A stretch of 64,000 nucleotides of DNA, taken from Candidatus Nanopelagicales bacterium (GTDB taxonomy: Bacteria > Actinomycetota > Actinomycetes > S36-B12). The position numbers were made by a program, and so were the translations under genes. The DNA is taken from contig JAGYJJ010000002.1 in the NCBI GenBank assembly GCA_018402235.1, forward strand, positions 92,069 to 156,068, read 5' to 3'. The notes beneath the pieces are model-generated. The model worked only from the letters and a program-made list of their open reading frames with translations. It had not been told where the DNA came from and did no database searches. Shown here in pieces: positions 8,582 to 22,865 of the stretch (positions are counted from its first letter, which is position 1; every line of letters starts with the position of its first letter).

Positions 8582-10270
8582 TTAATCGGTCACGGCACCC
8601 TTTGAGGCGCTGCCCACCAACTTGGCGTACTTCGACAGCACACCCCTGGTGTAGCGCTGGGGTAACGGCTGAAATTCCGCACGCCGCTCAACCAAGTCGG
8701 CATCGTCCACCAACAGTTCGAGCCTTCGATTCGGGATGTCGATACGAATGCGGTCACCATCGCGCACCAATCCGATCGGTCCACCGTCTACGGCCTCGGG
8801 TGCAACGTGACCCACGCATAGCCCGGTGGTGCCACCAGAGAATCGACCGTCGGTGATGAGTAGCACGTCCTTGCCTAGGCCCGCGCCCTTGATCGCACCG
8901 GTGATCATCAACATCTCGCGCATACCCGGACCACCCTTGGGGCCCTCGTAACGGATAACCACGACGTCGCCGGCCTGGATCGTCCCGTCCTCGAGCGCCG
9001 CCATGGCCGACTGCTCGCGCTCAAACACCCGCGCCGTTCCCTCGAAAACCTCCACCGGGATACCGGCGTTCTTCACCACCGCACCTTCAGGGCACAGCGA
9101 TCCAGACAAGATCGTGATGCCACCGGTCGGGGCGATCGCCTGCTTTGATGCCTTCAAGATCGTGCCGTCGGGGTCTGGCGGTGCGATATCGGCCAGGTTC
9201 TCTGCCATGGTCTTGCCGGTGACCGTCAGGCAGTCGCCATGCAACAGGCCTGCATCAAGCAGCGCGCGCATGATCACCGGTACCCCACCCACGCGGTCCA
9301 CATCACTCATCACGTAGCGGCCGAAAGGCTTGACGTCCGCCAACAGTGGCACCTTCGAGCCGATGCGGTGGAAGTCCTCCATTTCCAATTCGACGTGGGC
9401 CTCGTGGGCGATCGCGAGCAGATGAAGTACCGCATTAGTTGAGCCGCCGAAAGCCATCAAAACTGCAATCGCGTTCTCCAGCGACTGTCGCGTGATGATG
9501 TCGCGGGTGGTGATGCCCTGGCGTAACAACTCGACCACAGCTTCACCGCTCTTGCGCGAATATTCATCACGTCGGCGATCTACGGCCGGAGGTGCAGCTG
9601 ATCCGGGCAGCGACATACCCATGGCTTCGGCAGCACTAGCCATGGTGTTGGCCGTGTACATGCCACCGCACGCACCTTCACCTGGGCAAATGGCCCTCTC
9701 GATGAGGTCGACGTCTTCGCGCGACATGAGCCCACGTGCGCAGGCACCAACGGCTTCAAAGGCGTCGATGATCGTGACATCCTTCTCTGTGCCATCAGAG
9801 AGTTTCACGTGTCCGGGCAGGATCGATCCTGCATAGACGAACACGGCAGCGATATCCAGCCGGGCGGATGCCATCAACATGCCGGGCAGCGACTTGTCGC
9901 AGCCAGCGAATGTCACGATGCCATCAAGACGCTCGGCCTCCACAACCGCTTCCACGGAATCGGCGATGATCTCGCGGCTGACAAGGGAGAAGTGCATTCC
10001 CTCGTGCCCCATCGAGATGCCGTCGGAAACCGAGATCGTTCCAAACTCCATCGGGAAACCACCTGCGGCAAAGACGCCCTCCTTGGCGGCTGTCGCGAGC
10101 CGATCCAAGGACATGTTGCAGGGGGTGATCTCATTCCAGCTGGAGGCAATGCCTATCTGTGATTTGGTGAAGTCTTCGTCCCCCATACCGACCGCGCGCA
10201 GCATTCCGCGCGCCGCGGCCCGCTCGAGTCCGTCCGTTACGTCTCGGCTACGTGGCTTGATATCAGGCAT
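8582..10270 (-). CDS. ilvD: dihydroxy-acid dehydratase, copy 2 (562 aa, the more canonical paralogue)
   Basis: ORF track 562 aa. Motifs present are [67 protein letters not shown] and [11 protein letters not shown]. By eye about three quarters of residues are identical to copy 1. Confidence 0.9.
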   Translation of the reverse strand: MPDIKPRSRDVTDGLERAAARGMLRAVGMGDEDFTKSQIGIASSWNEITPCNMSLDRLATAAKEGVFAAGGFPMEFGTISVSDGISMGHEGMHFSLVSREIIADSVEAVVEAERLDGIVTFAGCDKSLPGMLMASARLDIAAVFVYAGSILPGHVKLSDGTEKDVTIIDAFEAVGACARGLMSREDVDLIERAICPGEGACGGMYTANTMASAAEAMGMSLPGSAAPPAVDRRRDEYSRKSGEAVVELLRQGITTRDIITRQSLENAIAVLMAFGGSTNAVLHLLAIAHEAHVELEMEDFHRIGSKVPLLADVKPFGRYVMSDVDRVGGVPVIMRALLDAGLLHGDCLTVTGKTMAENLADIAPPDPDGTILKASKQAIAPTGGITILSGSLCPEGAVVKNAGIPVEVFEGTARVFEREQSAMAALEDGTIQAGDVVVIRYEGPKGGPGMREMLMITGAIKGAGLGKDVLLITDGRFSGGTTGLCVGHVAPEAVDGGPIGLVRDGDRIRIDIPNRRLELLVDDADLVERRAEFQPLPQRYTRGVLSKYAKLVGSASKGAVTD

Positions 10271-10306
10271 GACAGCACAGTAGTGCGCCTACGTGAAGGC
10301 GACAGA

Positions 10307-11197
10307 TCAGGGAGCAACCACGTTTTCCAAAGGCTCACCACTACGCCACCGCTGCACCTGCCTGGCGATGAGTTGTCGGGCCAAGCGAGGGAACGCATCC
10401 GTGTCGCCGCCTATGTGAGGCGTGATCAAAACCCCGGGGGCAGCCCACAGTGGATGATCGGCTGGCAGCGGTTCTGGATCGACCACATCAAGAGCGGCTT
10501 CTATCCGGGGGAGGTGCGCAAGGAGATCGTCAGTGACCACAACCGGGCCACGTGCCACATTGACTAAGAGCGCTCCATCAGCCATTCGCGCCAAAAAGGC
10601 GCTATTAACCATGCCGTCGGTCTCCGCGGTGAGAGGAACGGCAAGAACTACGACGTCGGCAGCGCCTAGGAGATCGGGGAGTTCATCGGCTCCGGCAATG
10701 CGGTCACGTCGAGAGCGTCCCACTAATTGAATGTGACAGCCCAACGGCGCGAGAGCATCGGCGATGCCGCGCCCCACGCCACCAGCACCGACGACAAGTA
10801 CTCGGGAATCTTGCAGTGATCGTCCGCGACGGTGCTTCCATGCGCCTTCGGCCATATCGCGCGCTGCCCGATCAACGCCTCGCCACTTGGCGATGATCAA
10901 GCCCACCGTCAGCTCGGCTGTGCTCTGCTCGTGAACGCCTGCGGCATTGCAAAGCGTTACCCCTTCGGGGAGGTACGTCAGTGCCGCATCGAAACCAACG
11001 GTGGGCAGTTGCGCCACCTGCAGTGCCGGAAACCGGGCCATCCACTCGGGGTTCGGACTATCGATGTAGTCAGGAACAAAGAAGCCCACGCCGCCGCGAA
11101 CTACTTCGTCGGGTAGTTGACCCGGTGCGTACGTGACACAGTCCGCGATATCAGCAGGTGCCAGCAGCTCAGGGACGAGAACCAGGTCACCCGGCAC
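10307..11197 (-). CDS. D-isomer-specific 2-hydroxyacid dehydrogenase family protein (296 aa)
   Basis: GTG start lies 5 nt after the gatB stop. Motifs present are VLVVGAGGVGRG (NAD fold), VNVARG, and ITPHIGG (catalytic His). Confidence 0.8.
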   Translation of the reverse strand: MPGDLVLVPELLAPADIADCVTYAPGQLPDEVVRGGVGFFVPDYIDSPNPEWMARFPALQVAQLPTVGFDAALTYLPEGVTLCNAAGVHEQSTAELTVGLIIAKWRGVDRAARDMAEGAWKHRRGRSLQDSRVLVVGAGGVGRGIADALAPLGCHIQLVGRSRRDRIAGADELPDLLGAADVVVLAVPLTAETDGMVNSAFLARMADGALLVNVARGPVVVTDDLLAHLPRIEAALDVVDPEPLPADHPLWAAPGVLITPHIGGDTDAFPRLARQLIARQVQRWRSGEPLENVVAP

Positions 11198-11202
11198 GTT
11201 CG

Positions 11203-12723
11203 CTACCCCTCGACTCCCAGATGCGCCAGCAAGAGAGTTCGCACCTTCGCGGCATCGGCCTGACCCTTCGTGGTCTTCATCACCGCTCCCACGATAGCGC
11301 CGGCGGCTTGTACCTTGCCCGAGCGGATTTTCTCGGCAACATCGGGCTGCTCGGCCAAGGCGGACTCAATTGCAGCCATCAGCGTTGAGTCATCGCCCAC
11401 CACCGCTAAACCGCGACCAGCGATAACGGAGTCGGGGTCACCTTCCCCCGCCACTACTCCTTCGAACACCTGACGCGCGAGTTTGTCGGTCAACGAGCCA
11501 TCGGCGATGAGCGATTCGACTCGGGCGATATGGGCCGAAGTGATCCCCAGATCGGCGAGGGCAACGCCCTGCTCATTTGCGATTCGCGTGAACTCACCGG
11601 TCCACCATTTGCGGGCTGCTGCCTGATCAACGCCTGCAACGATGGTTTCCTCGACAAGGTCGAGTGCTTCGGCATTGACCAAAGTCTGCATTTCCAGATC
11701 GCTGACGCCCCATTCCACCTGCAGCCGCGAACGCCGCACCGAAGGCACTTCCGGCAAGGTTGTTCGTAGTTCCTCGATCCACTCAGAGCTCGGCGCAACG
11801 GGCACAAGATCTGGTTCGGGGAAGTAGCGATAGTCCTCGGCTTGTTCCTTGGATCGACCCGGCGTGGTCTCGCCGGTGTCTTCGTGGAAATGCCGCGTTT
11901 CTTGGATGATGCGGCCACCCTCGGACAGCACGGCCCCCTGACGCTCGATCTCAAAGCGGACGGCTCGCTCAACCGAGCGCAAGGAGTTCACGTTCTTGGT
12001 CTCCGAACGGGTCCCCCACGGTTCGCCCGCCGGCGCTAGCGAGACGTTCACATCGCAGCGCAAAGACCCCTGGTCCATGCGCACATCGGAAACCCCGAGG
12101 GCCCGCATCAGATCGCGCACTTCTGCCACGTACGCACGAGCGACCACCGGGGCCAGCGCACCCGCGCCGGTAATCGGTTTGGTGACGATCTCGATAAGCG
12201 GAATGCCTGCCCGGTTGTAATCGACCAGGGAGTAGTCCGCGCCATGGATGCGGCCAGTATCGCCACCGGAGTGGGTGAGTTTGCCGGTGTCCTCTTCCAT
12301 GTGAACGCGTTCGATCTCAACCCGGAACTCTCGCGGGCCATCGTCGGTTGGAACAGTCACGTCGAGGTAGCCGTTGGTGCAAAGCGGCTCGTCGTACTGA
12401 CTGACCTGGTAGTCCTTAGGCATGTCCGGATAGAAGTAGTTCTTGCGAGCGAAGCGGCACCACGACGCAATATCGCAGTGCAGGGCAAGCCCCATCCGAA
12501 TGGTCGATTCCACCGCTACCGCATTCACAACGGGAAGCGAGCCCGGCAGACCCAGGCAGACCGGACAGACCTGCGTGTTCGGTTCTCCACCGAACTCGGT
12601 CGCGCACGAGCAGAACATCTTGGAGGCGGTACCAAGTTCGACGTGCGTCTCCAGACCCAGGACCGGCTCGAAGCGCTCCAGCGCTTGGTCGAAGTCCATA
12701 CGAGTGTTCACTACGGAAGTCAT
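11203..12723 (-). CDS. gatB: Asp-tRNA(Asn)/Glu-tRNA(Gln) amidotransferase subunit B
   Basis: Homology starts at [35 protein letters not shown] 12723 overlaps the gatA stop (ATGA). The 12 upstream codons of the track ORF are rejected. Confidence 0.9.
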   Translation of the reverse strand: MTSVVNTRMDFDQALERFEPVLGLETHVELGTASKMFCSCATEFGGEPNTQVCPVCLGLPGSLPVVNAVAVESTIRMGLALHCDIASWCRFARKNYFYPDMPKDYQVSQYDEPLCTNGYLDVTVPTDDGPREFRVEIERVHMEEDTGKLTHSGGDTGRIHGADYSLVDYNRAGIPLIEIVTKPITGAGALAPVVARAYVAEVRDLMRALGVSDVRMDQGSLRCDVNVSLAPAGEPWGTRSETKNVNSLRSVERAVRFEIERQGAVLSEGGRIIQETRHFHEDTGETTPGRSKEQAEDYRYFPEPDLVPVAPSSEWIEELRTTLPEVPSVRRSRLQVEWGVSDLEMQTLVNAEALDLVEETIVAGVDQAAARKWWTGEFTRIANEQGVALADLGITSAHIARVESLIADGSLTDKLARQVFEGVVAGEGDPDSVIAGRGLAVVGDDSTLMAAIESALAEQPDVAEKIRSGKVQAAGAIVGAVMKTTKGQADAAKVRTLLLAHLGVEG

Positions 12724-14228
12724 AGCGCCGGCACCTCCTCGATCAGTTCGTGTCCCCACTTGTCAACGAGCGCCTGCTCAAGCGCCGCCCCCACGCGATA
12801 CAAACGGTCGTCGGCGAGCGCGGGCGCCATAATCTGTAGCCCCACGGGTAGACCATCCTCTGGTGCCAGCCCAATCGGTATCGACATCGCGCAATTGCCC
12901 GCGAGGTTGACCGGGATCGTGGCGATGTCGTTGAGGTACATCGCGAGCGGATCGTCCACCTTCTCTCCAATGCGGAACGCCGTTGTGGGCGCCGTGGGAG
13001 AGATCAACACATCTGCCTGATCAAAAGCCGCTGCGAAGTCGCGGGTGATCAGTGTTCGAACCTTTTGCGCCTGTCCGTAGTAGGCGTCGTAGTAGCCACT
13101 TGACAGCGCATAAGTGCCGAGCATGATCCGGCGCTTCACCTCGGATCCGAATCCTGCTTCGCGGGTTTGCGACATAACTTCCTCGACCGAGGCCTGTCCA
13201 TCATCACCCACGCGCATGCCGTAGCGCATGCCGTCGAAGCGAGCGAGATTGCTCGATGCTTCGGACGGGAGGATCAGGTAGTAAGCAGCAAGCGCATACT
13301 CGAAATTGGGACAGGAGACTTCGACCACATCGGCGCCAAGATCACCCAAGATCGCAACAGCCTCATCAAAGCGTTGCCGGACACCCTCCTGGTAGCCCTC
13401 ACCACCCAGTTCGCGCACCAAACCGATTCGCATGCCACGAACATCAGCGTTCTTCGCGGCCGCGACCACATCGGGAACCGGTGCATCGATGGACGTGGAA
13501 TCGCGAGGGTCGTGCCCGGCGATCACCGCATGCAACAACGCGGCATCCATCACCGTCCGGGCACAGGGACCGGCTTGGTCGAGAGAGGACGCAAGGGCGA
13601 CGAGCCCGTACCGCGAGACACCGCCGTAAGTGGGTTTGACGCCAACGGTCCCGGTGACCGCAGCCGGCTGCCGGATCGATCCACCGGTATCGGTGCCGAT
13701 CGCCAACGGGGCTTCGAATGCCGCAAGTGCTGCAGCAGAACCGCCTCCCGAACCGCCAGGAATCCGTTCGAGGTCCCACGGATTTCGGGTGGGGCCATAC
13801 GCGCTGTGTTCGGTGGATGACCCCATGGCGAACTCATCCATATTTGTTTTCCCGAGGATCACCACTCCAGCGTCGCGAAGTCGCTCGACCACGGTGGAGT
13901 CATAGGGCGGACGCCAACCCTCAAGGATGCGCGAACCACAGGTGGTGGGCACCCCGTTCATCGTGAGCACGTCCTTCAGGGCCAGCGGAACACCCGCCAG
14001 TGGTCCCAGCGCTGCGCCGGTGCTTCGCAATTCGTCGATACCGCGAGCCGTTTCGAGTGCGGCATCGCGATCAACGTGCAAGAAGGCGTGCACTTGCCCA
14101 TCCACCGCATCGATCCGATCCAAACACGCTTGGGTCACCTCGACAGACGTGACTTCTCCGCCCTGCATTGCCGCCGCCATGGTGGCCGCATCCTGGCGCG
14201 CGAGGTCGCCATCCATCACCGGCGCCAT
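12720..14228 (-). CDS. gatA: Glu-tRNA(Gln) amidotransferase subunit A
   Basis: Amidase signature [13 protein letters not shown] is present. The start [21 protein letters not shown] at 14228 lies 1 nt after the gatC stop. The upstream 55 codons of the track ORF overlap gatC and are rejected. Confidence 0.9.
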   Translation of the reverse strand: MAPVMDGDLARQDAATMAAAMQGGEVTSVEVTQACLDRIDAVDGQVHAFLHVDRDAALETARGIDELRSTGAALGPLAGVPLALKDVLTMNGVPTTCGSRILEGWRPPYDSTVVERLRDAGVVILGKTNMDEFAMGSSTEHSAYGPTRNPWDLERIPGGSGGGSAAALAAFEAPLAIGTDTGGSIRQPAAVTGTVGVKPTYGGVSRYGLVALASSLDQAGPCARTVMDAALLHAVIAGHDPRDSTSIDAPVPDVVAAAKNADVRGMRIGLVRELGGEGYQEGVRQRFDEAVAILGDLGADVVEVSCPNFEYALAAYYLILPSEASSNLARFDGMRYGMRVGDDGQASVEEVMSQTREAGFGSEVKRRIMLGTYALSSGYYDAYYGQAQKVRTLITRDFAAAFDQADVLISPTAPTTAFRIGEKVDDPLAMYLNDIATIPVNLAGNCAMSIPIGLAPEDGLPVGLQIMAPALADDRLYRVGAALEQALVDKWGHELIEEVPAL

Positions 14229-14229
14229 G

Positions 14230-14526
14230 TCAGTCCTCACCCAAGATGCGCGGCACCTTGAAGCGGTCGTCTTCCCACGAGGGCGCGGCCGCAGCCAGCT
14301 CGGCGCGATCCAATCCCGGCTTGGCGACATCCTCGCGGTAGACATTCGTAATAGGGATCGGGTGCGATGTGGGAGGAATGTCTTGAGCTGCAACGTCGGA
14401 GACCCGGGCTACCGCTTCGACGATCGCCGACAGCTGATCGGCGTAGTGAGCGGTTTCCTCCTCGGTCAATTCCAGTCGAGCCAGGTGGGCGAGGTGCTGG
14501 ACTTCCTCGCGAGAGATCTGTGCCAT
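14230..14526 (-). CDS. gatC: Glu-tRNA(Gln) amidotransferase subunit C (98 aa)
   Basis: Sequence begins [24 protein letters not shown], and the gene has the expected size and position ahead of gatA. Confidence 0.9.
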   Translation of the reverse strand: MAQISREEVQHLAHLARLELTEEETAHYADQLSAIVEAVARVSDVAAQDIPPTSHPIPITNVYREDVAKPGLDRAELAAAAPSWEDDRFKVPRILGED

Positions 14527-14530
14527 GACC

Positions 14531-17740
<3,210 letters not shown>

Positions 17741-17744
<4 letters not shown>

Positions 17745-18838
17745 GTTCGAGCCGGAGCGCTCGCGCGGACGGTAGAGAGAATTCGGCCAGAACCCAGGAC
17801 TTGCGTTCCTCGATACACGGCGACACTTTGTCCTGTCGCCAAGCCACGGATCGGCTCACGTAGTTCAACGGACAAACGCCCCTCGACAAGGCGCGCTCTC
17901 GCAGGTGATCCCGCATGGTGAGCCCGGACCTGGGCGGTCACCTCACTCCACTCCTCATCGAGTGGATCAGCACACCAGATGACGTGATCGGCATCCATCG
18001 CGATCACGTCCAGGAGTTCGGGTGATCCCACGTACACGGTGTCGGTGGATGGGTTCACATCAACTACATATCGGGCCTGACCATCTTCACCCGGTATTCG
18101 CAGATCCAAGCCCCGTCGTTGACCGATGGTGACGGTGAAGGTGCCGCGGTGCTGGCCAACGGTTTGACCGGTGCCCACATCGACGATGTTGCCGGGCTTC
18201 TCGCCGATTGTCCGAGCCAAGAAGCCAGGGGTATCACCATCGGGAATGAAACAGATGTCGTGACTGTCTGGCTTACTCGCAGTTCGTAGTCCTCGGGCTT
18301 GCGCCTCAGCGCGAACATCAGCCTTGACGCTGTCGCCTAGAGGGAACAGGCAGTGCTGCAGCAATTCGCGCTCGATAACTGCTAGTACATAGGACTGGTC
18401 CTTATCCGGATCCACCGCTCGATGCAGTTCCGGGCCAGCCGCTGCATTCACGATGCTTGCGTAGTGCCCGGTCGCCACAGCATCGAAATCCAGAGCCAAT
18501 GCTCGATCGAGAACGGCCCGGAACTTGATGTGCTCATTGCAGCGCAGGCACGGATTTGGCGTGCGGTTGTCTTCGTACTCGGCAAGGAAGTCGGCCATGA
18601 CCTCCTCGGCAAATTCCGCGGAGAAGTCCCACACATAGAACGGAATGCCAAGAGCATCGGCCACCCGGCGGGCGTCTCGAGCATCGTCAATGGTGCAACA
18701 ACCGCGGGATCGTCCACTCGTGGATTCAGCTCGCGCCAACGCCAAATGGATACCGACCACCTCGTGTCCGGCATCCACCATGCGGGCTGCCGCAACAGAA
18801 GAGTCGACACCACCAGAGAGTGCGGCGACCACTCTCAT
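17741..18838 (-). CDS. mnmA: tRNA-specific 2-thiouridylase
   Basis: The PP-loop ALSGGVDSSVAA is present, along with CCTIDD...NPCLRCN, in a 365-aa ORF. The start overlaps the cysteine desulfurase stop. Confidence 0.9.
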
Positions 18839-20121
18839 CGCGCGCCACTTCCCGCACGTCCGGGGGAATCGAGAACTCGTTGACTGGACACCGAGCCCGC
18901 GCGGCGCGCTCGCTCGACCGCAGGAGGAAGGGCGTCGATGACGGCGCGAACGTCCGCCGAAGTCGAGTCCCTTCCTAGGCTGAAGCGCAGTGATGACCTA
19001 GAGGTGCGTTCGTCGACGCCCATCGCCACTAGCACATGACTCGGCTCGGGAATGCCTGCTGTGCATGCCGAACCGGTTGAACAATCCACTCCTGCCGCAT
19101 CGAGCAGCATGAGCAATGCATCGCCCTCTGCCCCAGGAATCGATACATGAACGTTGCCCGGTAGTCGAGTGGTGGCATTACCAGGATCTGGCCCGTTGAT
19201 GATGGCGTCGGGAACAACCTCGCGAATTCCCTCCGCCAACATCGTCTGCAAAGCCGCAAGGTGCTCGGCGTGAACCCGTTGCTGCGCTACTGCGTGCTGC
19301 ACAGCAACGGCAAAGGCGGCGATGGCGGGCGCATCGAAGGTGCCAGACCGAACGTCTCGTTCCTGGCCGCCACCGTGGGACACCGGGACGATGGATTCGT
19401 GCGGATCGACGATGAGGGCACCCACTCCGAACGGTCCGCCAATTTTGTGACCACTGATTGTGACCGCCGCTGCCGGTAGTTGCGACAGATCCATCGGCAA
19501 CTGCCCTAGCGCTTGGACGGCATCGGTGTGAAAGGGAACTCCTGCGTCCTTGCACATGCGAGCGATGGCGTGCACAGGCTGGACGGTCCCAACTTCATTA
19601 TTCGCCCACATCACCGTCACGAGTGCGGTTTTACTCGCATGACGGTCGATGAAGTCCGCTATGAAGTCGACATTCACGCGACCTGTGGTGTCGACCGCAG
19701 CCCACACAACGTCGGCACCTTCATGTTTGCCCAACCATTCGACCGGATCCATGACAGCGTGATGCTCGATTGCTGATGCAATAACTGCCGGGGCAGCAAT
19801 CCCCAGGCGCGCCCTGCGAGCCCAGAACAAGCCCTTAACCGCGAGATTGTCTGCCTCGGTTCCCCCGGAAGTGAAAATCACCGCAGACGGACGGGTGCCC
19901 AGATCGTCGGCAATGGACTCGCGTGCTTCTTCGACTATGCGCCGAGTACTTCTGCCCGCGGCATGAAGGGATGAGGGGTTGCCAGTAATGGCAGAGGCAG
20001 CGATCCAGGCTTCACGAGCCTGCTGCAGCATGGGCGTCGTGGCGGCGTGATCGAGGAACACGCGCCGCGACGCTAAGGGGTCCCCCACCACGTCCGTGGA
20101 CTCCGGGGTGCTCATCACCAC
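18835..20121 (-). CDS. iscS: class V aminotransferase / cysteine desulfurase (IscS/NifS-like)
   Basis: PLP-Lys context [14 protein letters not shown] and active-site loop STGSACTAG are present. It sits next to mnmA, as in Rv3025c-Rv3024c. Confidence 0.8.
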   Translation of the reverse strand: MVMSTPESTDVVGDPLASRRVFLDHAATTPMLQQAREAWIAASAITGNPSSLHAAGRSTRRIVEEARESIADDLGTRPSAVIFTSGGTEADNLAVKGLFWARRARLGIAAPAVIASAIEHHAVMDPVEWLGKHEGADVVWAAVDTTGRVNVDFIADFIDRHASKTALVTVMWANNEVGTVQPVHAIARMCKDAGVPFHTDAVQALGQLPMDLSQLPAAAVTISGHKIGGPFGVGALIVDPHESIVPVSHGGGQERDVRSGTFDAPAIAAFAVAVQHAVAQQRVHAEHLAALQTMLAEGIREVVPDAIINGPDPGNATTRLPGNVHVSIPGAEGDALLMLLDAAGVDCSTGSACTAGIPEPSHVLVAMGVDERTSRSSLRFSLGRDSTSADVRAVIDALPPAVERARRAGSVSSQRVLDSPGRAGSGAR

Positions 20122-20143
20122 CCTGCGATGGTAGTCAGCGCCC

Positions 20144-21103
20144 TCAGTTCGCGCGCTTTTCGATCTCGTCGGTGAGCTGTGGAACTACCTCGAAGAGGTC
20201 CCCCACAACACCGAAGTCGGCAAGTTCGAATATCGGGGCCTCGGCATCCTTATTGACGGCGACGACCATTTTGGACGTCTGCATCCCTGCCCGGTGTTGG
20301 ATGGCACCCGAGATGCCGTTGGCGATATATAACTGAGGTGAGACCGTTTTGCCCGTTTGGCCCACCTGGTATTGATGCGGGTACCAACCTGCATCCGTGG
20401 CAGCACGCGAGGCACCCACGGCGGCACCAAGGGAGTCCGCGAGCTTTTCGATGACCGAGAACCCCTCCGACCCACCAACGCCACGACCTCCGGACACGAC
20501 CACGGCTGCCTCGGTAAGTTCTGGCCGTCCCCCCTTGCTAGCCACGGTGCGCTCCACAACCGTTGCCGTCTTGGCGACCGCACTGACCTCCGTGGACACC
20601 GTTTGCGCGGTGCACGTAGTGGGGGCAGGTTCTGGTGCAACCGAATTGGATCGAACTGTGTAAATGGGCGTTCCGGACGTTACCTTCGAGTGGACGACAG
20701 TGCTGCCCCCGAAAACGCTTTGCGTTGCAACGCCCGAGGCGTCGATATCGACGGCGTCGGTGATGACCCCACTGCCCGTGCGCACCGCGAGGCGACCGGC
20801 AACTTCCTTTCCGTCCGCGGACGACGGCACGATTACCGCGGCAGGTGACAACTCTGCAACCAGCGCAGATAAAACATCGACCATGGGAACAACGGGATGG
20901 GCCTTCACATCATCGCCATCGGCGACATACACAGTGCTGGCTCCATATTCGCCGAGCACCGTTAGTGCAGCCGTGCTGCCAGCACCGAACCACACAGCAG
21001 CAGGGTCACCTAGGCGCCGGGCCAAAGTCAGCAACTCCAACGACGCCTTTTTGACCGAACCACTGGCTGCGTCGTGCTCGACAAGTACGAGAACCTTTGC
21101 CAT
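20144..21103 (-). CDS. etfA: electron transfer flavoprotein alpha subunit
   Basis: 319 aa. The C-terminal FAD-binding region reads [31 protein letters not shown]. Confidence 0.9.
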   Translation of the reverse strand: MAKVLVLVEHDAASGSVKKASLELLTLARRLGDPAAVWFGAGSTAALTVLGEYGASTVYVADGDDVKAHPVVPMVDVLSALVAELSPAAVIVPSSADGKEVAGRLAVRTGSGVITDAVDIDASGVATQSVFGGSTVVHSKVTSGTPIYTVRSNSVAPEPAPTTCTAQTVSTEVSAVAKTATVVERTVASKGGRPELTEAAVVVSGGRGVGGSEGFSVIEKLADSLGAAVGASRAATDAGWYPHQYQVGQTGKTVSPQLYIANGISGAIQHRAGMQTSKMVVAVNKDAEAPIFELADFGVVGDLFEVVPQLTDEIEKRAN

Positions 21104-21129
21104 CTGTCGATCCCTTCTAAGTGAACTTT

Positions 21130-21909
21130 TCAGATGAACTTTTGCTCGGTGAGGTACGAAGCAATGCGCGCTCCGCCGTCGCCGTCGTCGGAAACAATGG
21201 TGCCTGCGGGCTTCGGTGGCCGGGCAGCGAAATCCTCGACCGCGCTCCAGGCTGCAGCCTGCCCAACGCTTGCGGCATCGAGTCCCAGATCTGCTACCGC
21301 AAGTGTCTCAACCGGCTTCTTCTTCGCAGCCATGATGCCCTTGAATGACGGGTACCGCGGCTCATTGATCTTCTCCACGACGCTCACCACCGCCGGCATC
21401 GCAGCGGTAATGGTGTCGAAGCCGTAGTCGGTGACGCGCTCGATGGTCACATCTGTTCCAGCGATGCTGACGCGCTGAGCGAAGGTCAGTTGGGCTACAC
21501 CCAAACGCTCGGCCACCATCGCGGGGATCACGCTCATGCGGGCGTCGGTGGATTCGGATCCGAAGATGATGAGATCGAAACCCTTGTCGGCCAGTGCTGC
21601 GGCAAGAACCGCCGACGTTGCGATGGCGTCGGAGCCATGCAATACGTCGTCTTGGATGTGGATGCCAGCGTCCGCGCCCATCGACAGTGCCTTGCGCACG
21701 GTTTCGGCTGCACGCGCCGGCCCCATCGACACGACGGTCACCTCGCCCCCGTGGGCCTCGGCGATCTGGAGCGCTTCTTCCACGGCGTACTCGTCGAGCT
21801 CGTTGAGCACGCCATCGGGGGATTCCCGGTCCAAGGTGGAATCTTGTTCGCGCAACGTCTTCTCAGCCCAGGTATCGGGTACCTGCTTGACGCACACTGC
21901 GATCTTCAT
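21130..21909 (-). CDS. etfB: electron transfer flavoprotein beta subunit
   Basis: 259 aa, starting MKIAVCVKQVPDT. A strong RBS (GAGGAGGAA) precedes the start. Confidence 0.9.
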   Translation of the reverse strand: MKIAVCVKQVPDTWAEKTLREQDSTLDRESPDGVLNELDEYAVEEALQIAEAHGGEVTVVSMGPARAAETVRKALSMGADAGIHIQDDVLHGSDAIATSAVLAAALADKGFDLIIFGSESTDARMSVIPAMVAERLGVAQLTFAQRVSIAGTDVTIERVTDYGFDTITAAMPAVVSVVEKINEPRYPSFKGIMAAKKKPVETLAVADLGLDAASVGQAAAWSAVEDFAARPPKPAGTIVSDDGDGGARIASYLTEQKFI

Positions 21910-21934
21910 GGTTCCTCCTCATGCGTTCCCCTAT

Positions 21935-21950
21935 GTTACTGGCCAGTAAC
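21935..21950. promoter_or_regulatory. perfect 16-bp palindrome GTTACTGGCCAGTAAC, 26 nt upstream of the etfB start; candidate operator
   Basis: Seen directly. It lies in the divergent etfB / methyltransferase intergenic region. Confidence 0.45.
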
Positions 21951-22072
21951 TTAGTCGGCATCCGCACACTCCGCGCTCAAGCCCAAGGCTAATGTCAGGC
22001 CGTGCCATCTGCCTGGGGAGCCTGCGTTGTTCCGGGTGCCCATTCCCCGGCTGCGGCCAGGGCCGACCTCCC

Positions 22073-22865
22073 ATGACCGAGGAATTCCTCACGGGCGAAC
22101 GAACATGGCCGGGCGTTCCCCGCGAGAACTACTGGTTCATGCGGCATCTGGCCTGCTACCGATGGGCCGCGACGGTCATCGACCGCCAGGCCCCGAGCGG
22201 ATGGATTCTCGATGCCGGTTCCGGCGAGGGCTACGGCACCGCCGAACTTTCGACGGGATGTGATCGAGACGCTGTTGGGGTCGGAACTTGATGCCGCCAC
22301 CGCTCACCACGCTCGAGGCCGTTACCCACGTGTATCGCATGTTCAAGCAAATCTCATTGCGTTGCCATTCCAGTCCCGAAGCATCGCCGCCTGCGTCTCG
22401 CTCCAGGTAATTGAGCACATCTGGGATCCGGTCACCTACCTTCGCGAGCTTGCCCGTTGCACAGCGGGTCCGGTGATTATCAGTACGCCCAACCGGCCCG
22501 TTCACTCACCCGGCCTCGCCCGCGGCAAACGCCCCGAGAACCCTTTCCATGTGCGCGAGTTCGACGCCCTGGAGTTGGTAGAACTCCTCGCAACCGCAGA
22601 TTCCGGCCGCACACCTGTTCTCTACGGCGTGCGTCACGGTCAACGGCTACGTGCGTGGGAGAACGAAAGCCGGTCCCTGCCGCAAGCCCTCATAGAAGAG
22701 CCCGATGCATCGGACGTTGCCGCTGTCGCTGGCACGGTTGCGGTCGACGATTTCACGATCGAAGTGATCGAGATCGACACCATCGATATCGACACCATCG
22801 ATATCGACACCATCAATGCGGACGAGGCGGGTTTGGACGTTCATGACTTGGTTGCGGTGTGGTGA
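22073..22865 (+). pseudogene. class I SAM-dependent methyltransferase (Rv3030-like), frameshifted as sequenced near 22280-22284
   Basis: The frame from ATG 22073 gives MTEEFLTGERTWPGVPRENYWFMRHLACYRW...ILDAGSGEGYGTAELS..RDAVGV, then a stop. The homology continues in the next frame with ELDAATAHHARGRYPRVSHVQANLIALPF...LQVIEHIWDP. Removing one G from GTCGGAACTT restores AVGVELDAA. Confidence 0.75.
22773..22817 (+). repeat. in-frame 15-bp tandem repeat x3 (ATCGACACCATCGAT, third copy with 1 mismatch) encoding (IDTID)n in the methyltransferase C-terminus
   Basis: Seen directly at 22773-22787, 22788-22802 and 22803-22817. Confidence 0.85.

Noticed and set aside
1304-10270. Second ilvD as a self-resistance copy inside a natural-product biosynthetic gene cluster
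   Set aside because: No PKS, NRPS, terpene synthase or other core biosynthetic genes lie within the flanking 10 kb. The neighbouring genes look catabolic. It is kept only as a minor alternative in the finding.
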